The translations under genes were made by a program, and so were the position numbers. A model generated the notes under the pieces. It was not told the DNA's origin. It did no database searches and saw only the letters and a program-made list of their open reading frames with translations. DNA of 64,000 nucleotides from Moniliella sp. 'wahieum'. Lineage: Eukaryota. The stretch covers positions 558,001 to 622,000 of the forward strand of contig RSEE01000014.1 of NCBI GenBank assembly GCA_003971905.1. Reading direction: 5' to 3'. The number at the start of each line of letters is the position of its first letter. The stretch's first letter is position 1. Positions 51,165-62,336 of this stretch are shown here, piece after piece.

Positions 51165-52298
51165 ATGTCCGCCACCTCCACCCCCAATCCCGCCCCCCCA
51201 ATCTCCGCCGAGATACCTGAGCCCGAGCCCGAGCCTCTTTCAGCCCGGCTCCCGCGCCCCCCCATCCGGCCCATCCGACCTGCCTTGCGCTCCTGCCTCA
51301 GGCGTATGCCCAGCCCGACAGACACAGTCCTGCCGCGCTCGCTTCCTCGCCTCGTCACCCCATCCTCCTCATCCACCTCCCTGTCCTCGTCCGCGAGTAT
51401 CCGAACGGTGCGCTTTTCGGAGGAAGAGGTGCCTGTGTTTGTGACGCATAGCGCCAGCGACTATGACCGTCGGCCGTCTATGGTGGCCTACCATGGCATG
51501 GCAAGTCTTTTGGGTGCTGGTCCCCATCTCTGTGAGGGTCAGGAGGACGGCCAAGAGGCTCCTCCGCCCGGCACGGGAGCTGGACAGGCGTGGACCAAGG
51601 CCCGGATCGCCTCGGCCAACGCAGCCGAGATGGAGCAAGCGACCTCCCATCCTGATGTCGAGGACAGCGTCGAGGCTATGTGGGCCCTTGGCGCAGCGCG
51701 CCTCATGGGTCTTTCCTCGGAGGAGGGTTCTGCCGCTGCTGAAGAGGTCTGTACACCCGAGCAATTGCCAGCGCCGCGCATGCTCGCTTCGGCGCCTCCG
51801 GCTCTGGTTGTTTCGACAAGTGAGAGCCCTGCGTCTCCCGTCTCGAACACGTTTGGGTCGGACACCGAGTCGTCCTCGGACTCGGATGCAGACGTCGAGC
51901 CCCAGACCATCTTTTTGTTCTCGCTACGGGGGGATGAGAACGAGTTGACGGTGGCGCGGCCCAAGAAGCACAAGCCCAAGTCTACTCGCTCTGTTTCTCC
52001 CGAACCGGCATCGTCGACGAAACTGGCGCCGGTGCCAACGCTCGATGAAGATTGCATCCCCTCCTCTGCGCCCATCTCCATCTGTGGTGGTACGGGGGCG
52101 GGACGCAGCCCAAGTGCCCCGCCTCACCCCGAAGCCGAGTCGGGATGGATGTCCTTCTCGCCTCGCACCCCACCTGGGCTGTGTGGATCGACAGGCTCTG
52201 CCGCCTCGTCCCCATCGTCAACCGTATATTCCCGCTCGGCATCACCTACGATGCCATTGACCGTGGTGCCGACGCTACCACCACCCTCGGACCCCTGA
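51165..52298 (+). CDS. Putative protein phosphatase 1 regulatory subunit (spinophilin/Bni4-like docking motif); 3' end uncertain
   Basis: LRSCLRR, then RTVRFSEEEVPVFVTHSASDYDRRP (RVxF + phi-phi + Arg motif) in a disordered S/P-rich protein. Confidence 0.7.
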   Translation: MSATSTPNPAPPISAEIPEPEPEPLSARLPRPPIRPIRPALRSCLRRMPSPTDTVLPRSLPRLVTPSSSSTSLSSSASIRTVRFSEEEVPVFVTHSASDYDRRPSMVAYHGMASLLGAGPHLCEGQEDGQEAPPPGTGAGQAWTKARIASANAAEMEQATSHPDVEDSVEAMWALGAARLMGLSSEEGSAAAEEVCTPEQLPAPRMLASAPPALVVSTSESPASPVSNTFGSDTESSSDSDADVEPQTIFLFSLRGDENELTVARPKKHKPKSTRSVSPEPASSTKLAPVPTLDEDCIPSSAPISICGGTGAGRSPSAPPHPEAESGWMSFSPRTPPGLCGSTGSAASSPSSTVYSRSASPTMPLTVVPTLPPPSDP

Positions 52299-54360
52299 GC
52301 AGAGCCGGGAACGTGCGCTGATGGGTATGGGGCCGCACCACCATGCCAAGCTGAACCGCAAGGCGCATGCCCAGCGGGTGCCTCATGGCCCGGTTCGGGT
52401 TGTTGGAGCAACCGCCACCGCCGTTGCCTGGCGGCCCCGCGGCTCAGGCCACGCCTGCACGCGGCCCTACCGCCCCTGTTTCTTACATGCAATAACCCCT
52501 GTTTTGTCTCCTTCTTTTTCATCCTCCTCCTCAGTATGGTTATACTCGCCTCGGTTTCTTTTCTGGTCCCTCTCCCACACGTTCGACGGCTTTGTGGCGA
52601 TGGTCTACGCGCGTCAGCGTGTACGCCTGACCACTTGGAGTGGTCACAGTATGGACTGTTTTTGTCATGGGCTTGCTTGGGGCTATTAGTATGCAGCGGT
52701 AGTGGTACATAGCCATTTTTGTGATATCTGCTTCGAACGTCGAGGACGAGGTAGCAGAGAAAGAGGCATTGCGCGGCGCACACGAAAAGGGGTGGCTTGG
52801 ATTCCATCACCATCATGGAGGCTCACCTGCCCAGCAGGACAGCACAATCACGGACAGTCTCGCTGACACTGTCGTGCTACGTCGCATTGTGGGTTAGTAC
52901 GTTAGTACGCTTGGGCCTCTCTGGTCCCTCGGGCATGGTAGGGGTAGGCGAGGACTCAGTGCTGCGCCAGAAGGTGGACGACTTGGGACTGCTCAACGTT
53001 ATGGCGGCGGTCTATGAGAAAAATTGATGAAGATCCAGCGTTTTGCTATCGGCGGCTTGCTTGTCTCTGTTTCCTGAACCAATCTTGGCCTTGAAGCTTG
53101 AAGCTTGAAGCGTGTGAAAGAAAGGTCTTTTGACCATGCCTATCTCCCCACACTATATCCCTCGGTTCCTCTTTTCCTGGTTCCTTAGTACTTACTGCAG
53201 ACCACAACCGACCACCAACAGGGAGACTGGTGTGCCCGCGCGTTCACAGATATCATGTTTTTACATGCACATGCTGTACCTCTACGTGAGTGTGTGAAGG
53301 CGTGAAGAGCGTGAGCCGACGGGGGCTGCGGCGCTGAGGACGTCGAGTGCAAAGTACAAGACCCCTGCTTACCCGGTGCAGGAGCTACGCTACAGCGGTC
53401 AGCGCTGAGCCGGGCAGGCAGACACCATATGGATTGGCCAGGACCACGTGTGTTCCAACCTGTGCAAGCTGCCCCAGTGCTCGCAGCTGGTTCAGCGTTG
53501 AGTTCAAGTTCAACGCAGCTTGAAGCTTGAATGTTCAACTTGACGCTTGACGCGACGCTTGAGTCTACGTGGACGCGTGGACGCGTGATGGAGCCACGGT
53601 GCAACAGCAGGCAACAGCATGTGGATGCCCCCCCCCAGCACCCGTTTCGCCACGCCGCCCATGCGCCGCCCCCGAGGTCCCGACGCGAGCGGCACATGCC
53701 TTCTGCGGGCATCACGCGTCCCTGCACCCCTCCGCCCGTTCTCTATGCGGGCCCGAACCAGCGTCGCGAGTACTCCGGCTGCGTACGCGGTTTAATCACT
53801 GTTGAATTCAACCCCGTGCTTTCTCGCCGCCGGGCAAAAGGGCGAGGGTGGATGGGTATGTGTGGCGAGGCGTCGTGCGAACAAGGGGGCTCGCAACTGG
53901 AATGGGGGTGGCAGGCTACGTGCATGGCCTAGGGCGTTGAGTACGTGGAGTACGTTGGAAGGCGGCAGCTATAATCGATGCATGCGATCGATGGTAATTC
54001 TCCGTGTGGGGGAGACGGGCGGCAGGAGACGACTGGTCCGAGTGGCAGTGGCGAGCGAGGACGGAGGGTGGGGGGATGGAGGAGGCATGGCAGTCGATGG
54101 CATGTCGATGGGCTCGGGCCCAGAAGCGACGAGCGCATCGCCGCCTGAAAAGGGAAAATTTGATTGGCGACAGCACGTGGTCCTCCCGGGCCTTGCCGCC
54201 GCTGCCCCCACCAGGCCACACCCGACCACACCACATGCTCTGCTGCGCACCCCGTGCACCCCACCCGGTGCTGGCCACGCTGGGCCTGCCCCAGCATGGC
54301 CGCCGCCGCTGCCCTTACACTTGCCCACGGCCACAGCCCTCCTCCCCACCACCACCCGCC

Positions 54361-56709
54361 ATGTCCCCTCCCGGCAGCCTGGGCAGCAGCCCACCGATCC
54401 TGCCCTCGCCCCTCGCGGCGTCGGCAGGCGCGGTCCTCGCTCTGCCCACGCCCCCTCCCTGCCCCTGTGTAATCAGGTCGAGGACGATGTCTGCTGTCGC
54501 CTCGCCTCGGTCTCACTCCCTTCGAGGGGCTCGGGCTCGGGCTCGGTTGGCTCGGGCGGGTCTTGCCGCCCCCTCAACTGCTGTCTCTCCCCTGTTGGCT
54601 GGGGCCGATGCCTGCTCCTCCTCCCTCTCCTCCTCAATGTCGTCGCGTTATGTCCCACCGCACCTACGCTCCCTCGCTTCCGCTTCCGGTGTGTGGGGGT
54701 CGCACGTAAGCAGTGCATCCTCCAGCCGCTCTTCGAGCCGGAGCCAAAGCCATGGCCGATCTCAGTCCACGCCATTCTTGGTCCCCCCTGGCCCCGACTC
54801 GGCTGACTCTGCCTCGCCCCTGACCCTTCCCCTCTCCTCTCCCTTGCCACTCTCTTGCGCCCCTGACGCCAGCACCGATCCGGCACCCGTGTCGCCCCTG
54901 ACTGCATCTGCTGTCGTGCTATCATCTGCCCCATTGCCAGCACCAGTCAAGCGCCCAGCCCACCCCGCCAGTCGCCATGTCCCCGATACCCTCAACGAGC
55001 CTGTGCTGGAATTGGGCAGTCGGATCGGTCCAGAGGAAATTCACCGTTCTCACCAGGTCCGTGTCGTAGCTCTCCGGCCCGACACGCCAGGTCCAGCGCC
55101 GACGGTCCAAGTGGTGCAAAGCTTGGGTCAAGGCGATTACTCGAGCATATATATCGCGCGCCAAGTCGCGGGTGCACCTTTGCCTTTGCCACCCGATTCC
55201 GAGGGAGATGGAGAGCTGGTCTTCTTGCTTACCTGCATGTCCAAGTATCACCTCTCCCCTGCCTTGCTGGCCGACGAACTGGCCGAATCGCAGCTCCACC
55301 TTTCTCTCCCCGTCCACCCCAATCTACCAATCCGGTACGCTGTCTTTGCCACGCCCGACCACCTTTTCTTTGTCAGTGAGCTCGTTCTGGGTCACGATTT
55401 GTTGGTGCTTCTCCACCAGGGCGAAGCTCACCTAACTGCCAAGGACCACACGGCTTCACCAAACGGACACCACCCGACCCCTCTTGCATGGCTGGCTGAG
55501 GTCGATGGTCCTTTGCTCCTCTCCCGTCCACGGGTCCATTTGGTCACGGGCCTTTTTGGCCAACTGTGCGATGCGGTCCAAACTCTGCACGGATGGGGCT
55601 TGGCTCACCGCAATGTGACGTTACAAAACTGCGTGGTAATTGAGGGTCCGACGGTGCACCGAGCGGTCCAGCGCACCGATCTTGCTCCAGAACACGTGGA
55701 TAAAGACGTGCGGTTGAAGCTGATGGACCTGAGTCATCTGACGGATGACGCAGCGTGCATCGATGGCGCTTGCGCTCCCGATGCTTACCTTGCGCCGGAG
55801 TGTTGCACGCCCGAGGGCGTTGGGTATGATCCCAAGAAGGCTGACATTTGGTCGCTTGGGATTGTTCTGCTGAATCTCCTCTTCCACCGCACCCCGTTTC
55901 GTAGGGCGGAGCAAACTGCTTGTCCGTCGTACACATGCTTTGTCTCGGACCCCGTCGGATTTCTTCAGACTGCGTTTGACCATCTTACCTTCACCACCGC
56001 GTCATTTTTGGCTCAGCATGTGTTCAACCTCGACCCAAGCCAGCGGGCTTCTCCCGCCCAGGTCGGTTTGTGGGCCCGCACGGCCCTTCTACCTTCCTTG
56101 ACTCATCTGGACTCCTGCACCCTGTCTCGTGGCGCGGGCGCGGGCATCACCCTGCCCCTGACGAGCGAGCCAATGCATCAATCCCGTTCCCGATCGCTCC
56201 CTCGCTCCGTGCGTTCCGGCCGGTCGTCCTCTCGCCCTGCTTCCATTCACACTGCACGCTCGGTCCGGGATGGGGTTGTTACCCCGGCGCGTGGCCGATC
56301 CCGCACCCCGGGGTATGTATCCGACGAAGAGGGGGAAGCGGAAGACGGGGGCGCGCACCCTGCTAGCCCCCATCCGTCGGGCCGCCGGCGCAAACGGGGA
56401 AATCGGAGGGCTACATCGGCTCACAAAGGTCAGGCCTCTGCAACGCGTCGCAGCTTGTCGGAACAAGCGTCGCTCAGTGCCCTCTCACTGGGGGGCGAGG
56501 GCGATTCGGACTTGGCCTGCCCGCCTTCGCCTTCGTCCCTGCTCTCCTTGGCATCTCGTCGCGCTTCCGGCGCCAGTACCTCCTCTCTCCATGGTGCGCA
56601 ACGCCTTCGCAACAGCACCACGTACCCCTGCCATGTCCCCGAGAAGGCTGCGGGTGCTGGGAACGCCGCTTCCCTCGCGCTCCTCCCGTGCAAGCACGGG
56701 CGCTGGTAG
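54361..56709 (+). CDS. Protein kinase-like protein (Ran1/Pat1/Ksp1-like fold), predicted pseudokinase; start may be 54487 or 54637; the C-terminal tail probably continues past an indel towards about 57300
   Basis: LGQGDYS G-loop, HPNL, FGQLCDAV, YLAPEC and YDPKKADIWSLGIVLLNLL are present; VAIK, HRD and DFG are replaced by LLTC, HRN and DLS. Confidence 0.85.
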   Translation: MSPPGSLGSSPPILPSPLAASAGAVLALPTPPPCPCVIRSRTMSAVASPRSHSLRGARARARLARAGLAAPSTAVSPLLAGADACSSSLSSSMSSRYVPPHLRSLASASGVWGSHVSSASSSRSSSRSQSHGRSQSTPFLVPPGPDSADSASPLTLPLSSPLPLSCAPDASTDPAPVSPLTASAVVLSSAPLPAPVKRPAHPASRHVPDTLNEPVLELGSRIGPEEIHRSHQVRVVALRPDTPGPAPTVQVVQSLGQGDYSSIYIARQVAGAPLPLPPDSEGDGELVFLLTCMSKYHLSPALLADELAESQLHLSLPVHPNLPIRYAVFATPDHLFFVSELVLGHDLLVLLHQGEAHLTAKDHTASPNGHHPTPLAWLAEVDGPLLLSRPRVHLVTGLFGQLCDAVQTLHGWGLAHRNVTLQNCVVIEGPTVHRAVQRTDLAPEHVDKDVRLKLMDLSHLTDDAACIDGACAPDAYLAPECCTPEGVGYDPKKADIWSLGIVLLNLLFHRTPFRRAEQTACPSYTCFVSDPVGFLQTAFDHLTFTTASFLAQHVFNLDPSQRASPAQVGLWARTALLPSLTHLDSCTLSRGAGAGITLPLTSEPMHQSRSRSLPRSVRSGRSSSRPASIHTARSVRDGVVTPARGRSRTPGYVSDEEGEAEDGGAHPASPHPSGRRRKRGNRRATSAHKGQASATRRSLSEQASLSALSLGGEGDSDLACPPSPSSLLSLASRRASGASTSSLHGAQRLRNSTTYPCHVPEKAAGAGNAASLALLPCKHGRW

Positions 56710-56901
56710 CTTGGCCAGCCAGGGCAGTGTAGGAAGCGGGGACGATGCCCAATCGCTCCGTTCTACCTTCTCCTCCCGCTCCGCTCCGGCCATCCGCAAG
56801 TCGGCCGATTCGTCCCGGCCGGCACTACGGCCAGGCGAAAGCGGGCTATGGAACCGAAACTTGCAGCCCATTTCCGAACAGCGCGTTCGTCCTGCTCTTG
56901 C

Positions 56902-56931
56902 TCATACTGCTACTGCTACTGCTACTGCTAC
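56902..56931 (+). repeat. (ACTGCT)n hexamer repeat encoding a Thr-Ala run in the kinase-like tail
   Basis: catactgctactgctactgctactgctact read directly. Confidence 0.85.
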
Positions 56932-57693
56932 TCCTTTCCCCGCTGCCTCACGCTCCTCCTCCTGCTCTTCCCCCGCTTCTCGCCCGCGCTCCTACAAGCG
57001 CGCCCCGCCTCCTCCGCATCCCAAATCGCATGCGCGCACCGAGCTGGACGCGAGTTACTTGGCCGAGATTTTTGGCGTGACGCCGCAGCGGCAGGCGGGG
57101 CGGACGAGCGGACAACGGTCGCTGCCCAACATGCCCCTGTCGCGGGGCAAGCCCAAGAATGGCCACGGGCCCAGCTTGCTTGCTGCGGCGCCCACGCTGG
57201 CCAAATCACCTTCCTCGCTCGCCTCGCGCCCCCCACCGCCTCTTTGGCTCCACCGCGGCCAGCGCCAGCGCCTGAACCAGCGCGCTCAGCCGCATGTTCC
57301 GTGTCGGTCGCAAGGAAGGACTGCTGTAACATTCAACTCCCCTTTTGACCTTCCCTTTCCCCCCTTTCCGCCTTCCATGGCGCCCTCCCCCCCCCACCGC
57401 TGCCCTCGTTCCTATCCATCGTTTGTCGGTCACAGTTTGTTTTCTATCGCACTTTTGGTATACCATCCTGCCTTTCTTGCTCACGTGCCGCACCCTAGGA
57501 AGCACCCAACCTTCTTTTTGTCTCGCCTCGTAAGCGTAAGCCTCGCCTCTTGTCTCGTCAGAGAGATGAATGGATAGATAGACCTGGTCAACATGATACG
57601 GAGCAATGGCATCATAAGAGCCTGCTAGCCTTCCTAGCATCTCGGCCCCAGCTCCGGGTTGGGACGGACGGGGAGGGAAATCAGGGGAGGAGG

Positions 57694-59407
57694 TTATGGC
57701 TGGGCGGCGACGGCCGGGGCGGTGCCCGGCGGCGGCAGCGGGCGCTTGGTGAACTTGAGATGGCAGTCGTCCTTGGGGAAGATGGTGGCAATGATCTTGA
57801 CCTGGTCCGATTCGGGGGTGACGTGGTGCTGCCAGTTCATCTTGACCGATGCGGCGCCCAAGACGGCAGTGAGGTGCATCAGCGCGTACTGCTGTCCAAT
57901 GCAGTTGTGCACGCCCGCACCAAAGACAAGGTAGTTGCGCGTCATTTCAGCATTGTCGCCGCCCTGCGCCGGGTCCCAGCGCTCCGGCACAATCTTGTCC
58001 GGGTTGGGGTAAATCTGCTCGTCGTGCAGCGAGTTCCAAAACGAGGGAATGACCATCGCGCCCGTAGGCGCCGTGTAGGACTCGGACATGGGGAACGGTT
58101 TCTTGGTCAGGTAGGGCACCATGATCACCGGCGGCGCGACACGCATGCTCTCCTTGACGACCCACGCGCGTGTACTCCATCTCCTCCAGCAAGTCAAACG
58201 TGATGGGCGCCTCGAGGTCGTCGCCACGGAGCCGGTACTGTTCCTCGCGCACCTTGCGCAGCAGTTCCGGCTGGTCGGCCATGTGCTGGAACAAAAACGT
58301 CAGCGCCGACGACATGGCATCCTGCGACGCAAACAAAAACGACAAGACCGTCATCGCAATCTCGCGGTCATCAAACTCGCGCACAAGAGCCAGGCGAGAC
58401 GAACGACTGAGCTCTTCCGATTCGCCCTCCGTGTCGCGACGCGCTTCCATCATGTTCTTCACCCACGCATCGGTCAGACACGTCACCTCCCCGCCGGCAG
58501 CCATGGCCTTTTTGCTTTCCGCGGCAGCCAGCATGAGCCACTTCATCATGCGCTTGCGGGCCTGGATCGCGTTCCACACCTTCGTGCCGGGCAAGGGGAT
58601 GGGGAAGTTGACCAGTTCGAGCGCGACGGTGATGAGCCAAAACTCGGCACTGATCTGGTCGGCGGCGTGCTGCGGCAGGTACTCGCCACAAAAACACGCA
58701 GCGACGTTTCCATGTTGAGGTCGCGGAACTTGAACATCATCGGCTGCGCCGTCGGCGTGGGGTCGGCGAGCCACTGGTCAAAGTACTTGGAATAGATACG
58801 TTCCTGGATGGTAAGGTAGATGGCCAGCGAACGGCGAGTAAAGAGGGTGTTGAGTCCCTTGCGGTAATCGACGTGCGCCTTGCCGCCGAGGAAGACCCTA
58901 GGAAAGAGGCAGACGACAGTAGGCCGGTCAGTACGGGGGTAGGGGCGCGCGGATGCGCAACAGAAGACAAAGGAAAAGAGAAGAGCAGAGGGAGGGGAAA
59001 GAAGGGACGGACCAGTTGTCGGGGAGAGGACCTGCTTGGCTGAAGCGACGAGGCACGGCTCGGCATAGGTGGGGCTGGTCAGGATCTTGCGGGCGAAAAA
59101 GTTGTCCGAGGCGAGCACGATAAAAATGTGGAAGACCGAGGTGACGGAGAGCGGGCCCTGGGCCCAGCCCTTTTTGTAGTTCTCCAAGGTCGGGTTGAGC
59201 GAGTCGAGGAAGCGGCCGATGAGGGATGGTCCAGGTGGCGCCGGGCAGGCTGCCCTTCTTGGTGCGGTAGTTTGAGCTGCTCCAAGACGAGGATGGTAGC
59301 AACAGCGGACCACCGCCAATGCTGTGGTCGGGTCGCGACGGCGGCCAGGGCCGAGGGGGGGGGGGGGCGGCCGCCGGCGGGGCAGGGGCGTTGGCAGCGA
59401 GCGACAT
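57694..59407 (-). CDS. ERG5: Cytochrome P450 CYP61, sterol C-22 desaturase (intron 58898-59012; indels)
   Basis: SVFHIFIV, NW|VFLGGKAHVDYRKGLN, ALELVNFP, FLFASQDA, VVKESMRVAPPVIMVPY and heme motif FGAGVHNCIG. Confidence 0.95.
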
Positions 59408-59986
59408 GGGTCCAGGCGGCGCACCGGGCAGGAGGGGGGGGCAAAGAGGGTGGTTGGGATGGGGGTCGCCTGGAGAAGAGTCGGGGCGAGTCGGGTCGAG
59501 TCGGGTAGGCGAGGAGGCAAGGGAGCAGCGGTGGTAACCCTGGGCGCTTCTCTCGGCCTGCGCCGCACTGCGTATCTGCGCGCGGGTGACGGGGCGACGC
59601 GTGACTCGTCACTGGGTCACTGCCACACTCGTCACTCACATGGTCAAATTATTCCCACCCGCCCCCGAGCGGAGCAGACGCACTGGCGCCGTGCGGCCAC
59701 CCGCGCCCACACTGCCCCCACGGCGCTGCGCATGCTGCTTGGCTGCTCAGCCAGCCAGCACGCCAAGCGGGCAGGGGGGCAGTGTCCTGGCTGGCGGGGG
59801 CAATCAATTGATCGTTAGCGCTAGCGCTTTAGCCGGGAAGCACCATCCCGTTTCGTACGAACGCTCGGCGTCACGCATCCCACATCATGCATCAGCCACC
59901 ATCCATGGCACGTGGCTGCTGTTGGCGCTGCGGCCCTCGGGTGCCGGTTCCGCTGGTCTCACGCTGCTACCACACGACGGCAGCTG

Positions 59987-60067
59987 TCTCCGATAGTTTA
60001 GTGGCTATGACACGTCCCTGTCACAGGACGTTCGGACGAGACCCAGGTTCGATTCCCGGTCGGAGAG
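59987..60067 (+). tRNA. tRNA-Asp(GTC) with a 9-nt intron (60024-60032)
   Basis: Acceptor stem TCTCCGA/TCGGAGA plus G73; anticodon stem CGTCC/GGACG with loop CT-GTC-A[intron]C; T arm GGTTCGATTCC; Pol III T-run at about 60073-60078. Confidence 0.95.
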
Positions 60068-60240
60068 GTTCCTTTTTTGATGTGGCGCCACCGCGAGAGT
60101 GCTGCTCCCCCCCAGCTTCGGGCGGCATGGCATGCTCCCAACCAGCTCTGCTGAGAACAAAGAACGGGCGGGCAGCGGGCTATGGCAAGCACACATCTCG
60201 CATAGGAGCCTTGCCAGGCAACCAGCTCGGGGGACATGAA

Positions 60241-61624
60241 TTACGTTACAGTGCAACAGGCGGCGGGAGAGAAGGCGCGGCCGGTACGGGTGGCGGCGGG
60301 GGGCTGAACAGGAGAGCCACCTAACAACCGGAAGAATGGCTTGACAATGATAATCGTCACCAGCAGCATCAAGCAGAGGACCAAGAGGATGATGCATGCA
60401 CTCGCCCCGATCGGCGCTGGTGGCTTTGGGCGGCTACCAAATGCCGCTGGGCCAACTGCACATTTTCTGTTGACGTTTCCACATTCCAGTCAATCCGGTC
60501 CACCAGCGCGCCTTGCTCAATCACCAACGCCGACAGCTGCTCAAACAGTTCAGCCAGCTCCGAGATGCTCTGAGCAATCTGCGATACTTGGCGGTCCCGC
60601 GCATTGATATCGTCCAGCCGATTGTTGATCGTTGATGGGGCCCGATTGAGCTGGGCTTGGGCCTGCTCACCTTCCTCGACAGCCAGAGCATTTTGGGACT
60701 GAGCACGGTGCAGTTGGACGGTCAGTGCCCCGCGGCGACAACAAAAGAAAAGAGAGTTGAAACAAAGGGAGACGTAGAACGTACCAGTTCCAGATCTGCT
60801 CTGAGATCGGCATCCAAGGCAGCCGAGGTGGAAGGTACAAACCCGTTCTTGCCCCATCGCTGCGACGCAGCGGCCAAGTCCCGCCCTCGCACCTCGATGC
60901 CTTGGAGGCGTCGGAGATAGACGGACTGCTTTTTGCGCAACAAGGCAGAGGCAGCTTGCACCTTGCCTGCCAAAGCAGCCTGGACATTGGACGAAACCTG
61001 CCTTTGTCGCTCGACCTGGGCCAATGCATCAGACAGACGGGTTTGCCTAGCCGCAGCGGGCTGGACGGGCATGGGGGGGGAGCGATGCATGCCCTTTCCC
61101 CTGCAGCAGAGAGACGTGCAATGGCCTGGCGAGCACGGAGATGGGTTGCGCGCGTGGCCCTGCCAAGGGAGCTACAGCGCGGGTGGCCGAGCGCAGCTGC
61201 TTGGTAATCTCACCGGTAAGGCGGTCAATCGCCACCTCCTCGGCGCGCCGGTCGGAAAAGGAAGGCAAAAGGTGAGCAGCATGAAGACGATCTAGTTGCG
61301 CCATATAGAAGCAACTGGCCCATCCAACAGCGACTCAACTGCGCGTGACGTCTCGGCCAGAGAGGTTCGCTCCGCTGCGAATCTGGGTCGTCGGCGCCGC
61401 CGACAAGGCCAAGGTGCGACAGGTCGAGGGAAGTGTCGCGGCCACCGTTGCGGGGAGGGTACGTGTCGCTGTCGCCCAGTAGCGCATCATGCTCATCATC
61501 GGGCGACTCGTGCCCCGTATGCTCGAGGGTGCTGAAGAAGAACGTGGCCGTGGAACGGACGCGCGGTAGGATTCGAAGAGCAACTGCGTGATCGAGTCAC
61601 TCCCAACTCGGGCACCTGGCTCAT
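60241..61624 (-). CDS. TLG2: Syntaxin 16/Tlg2-like t-SNARE (several introns and indels)
   Basis: N-peptide GVTRS(R/I)TQLLFESYR, LDRLHAAHLLPSFSDR, SNVQAALAGKVQ, SNARE motif IAQSISELAELF...IEQGALVDRIDWNVE and C-terminal TM CIILLVLCLMLLVTIIIV. Confidence 0.92.
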
Positions 61625-62336
61625 CGTCTCGTGGCGGGGGAGAGGAGGCAGGGGGAGGGGGGGAAGGGAGGGGAGGGGGCAGTGGTGGTGGCAGTGGTTG
61701 CGCAGGTTGTGCTGGTTGGCTGTCGTCGGCCTGGGGCCGCGCGCCACACAACCAACTGAGCGGGCGGGATGAGGATTTTCAAAACGGCAGTGTGTACCAG
61801 CAGCTCCAACTAACTAGTTTATTCAAGAGCCAGCCGGAGAGGCGACGCGCCTCGTTCGCCAACCGAAGCCAGACCGCAGCGCTGCGTTTGGCACCACGGC
61901 GTCTGTTTGCCGGCAGGCATTCTACATGTGCGCCATGGCGGGGCATGCGCAGCAGGTGGAGGAGGGAGAGCCTGCGGTGGCCGGCGGCGGGCTGGGCACT
62001 GGGTTGGGTTGGGCTGGGCTGGGTGGGGGTGTAGGGCCATCGGTGTGTCGGTGCATGCCAGCCAGTGCGCGCCTTACCTAATCCCCCCCGCGGCGACACA
62101 GGGCACGTCACGTGTCCTGGCCAGCAGCACAGCAAATCCGTCGGCCTGTCCGCTCCGCTGCCGCGCCCACGCCCTTGCGTTTCTCACCACTGCCGCCGCC
62201 TCTGCATCGCCTCGCACCGCCTCTGCACCGCCTCCATCCGCGCCTCCACCCGCGCCCCGCCGCCCCCTCCATCACCGCCACCACCACCACAGCCACCCCC
62301 TCCCCCAGCGATCCCTACGCATGCCCGTCGGATAGC

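Noticed and set aside
49430..53111. Inverted AAGCTTG arrays flanking the PP1-regulator gene as transposon TIRs
   Set aside because: The similarity is limited to a self-complementary heptamer repeat that also occurs at 53517; no target-site duplication or transposase is seen.
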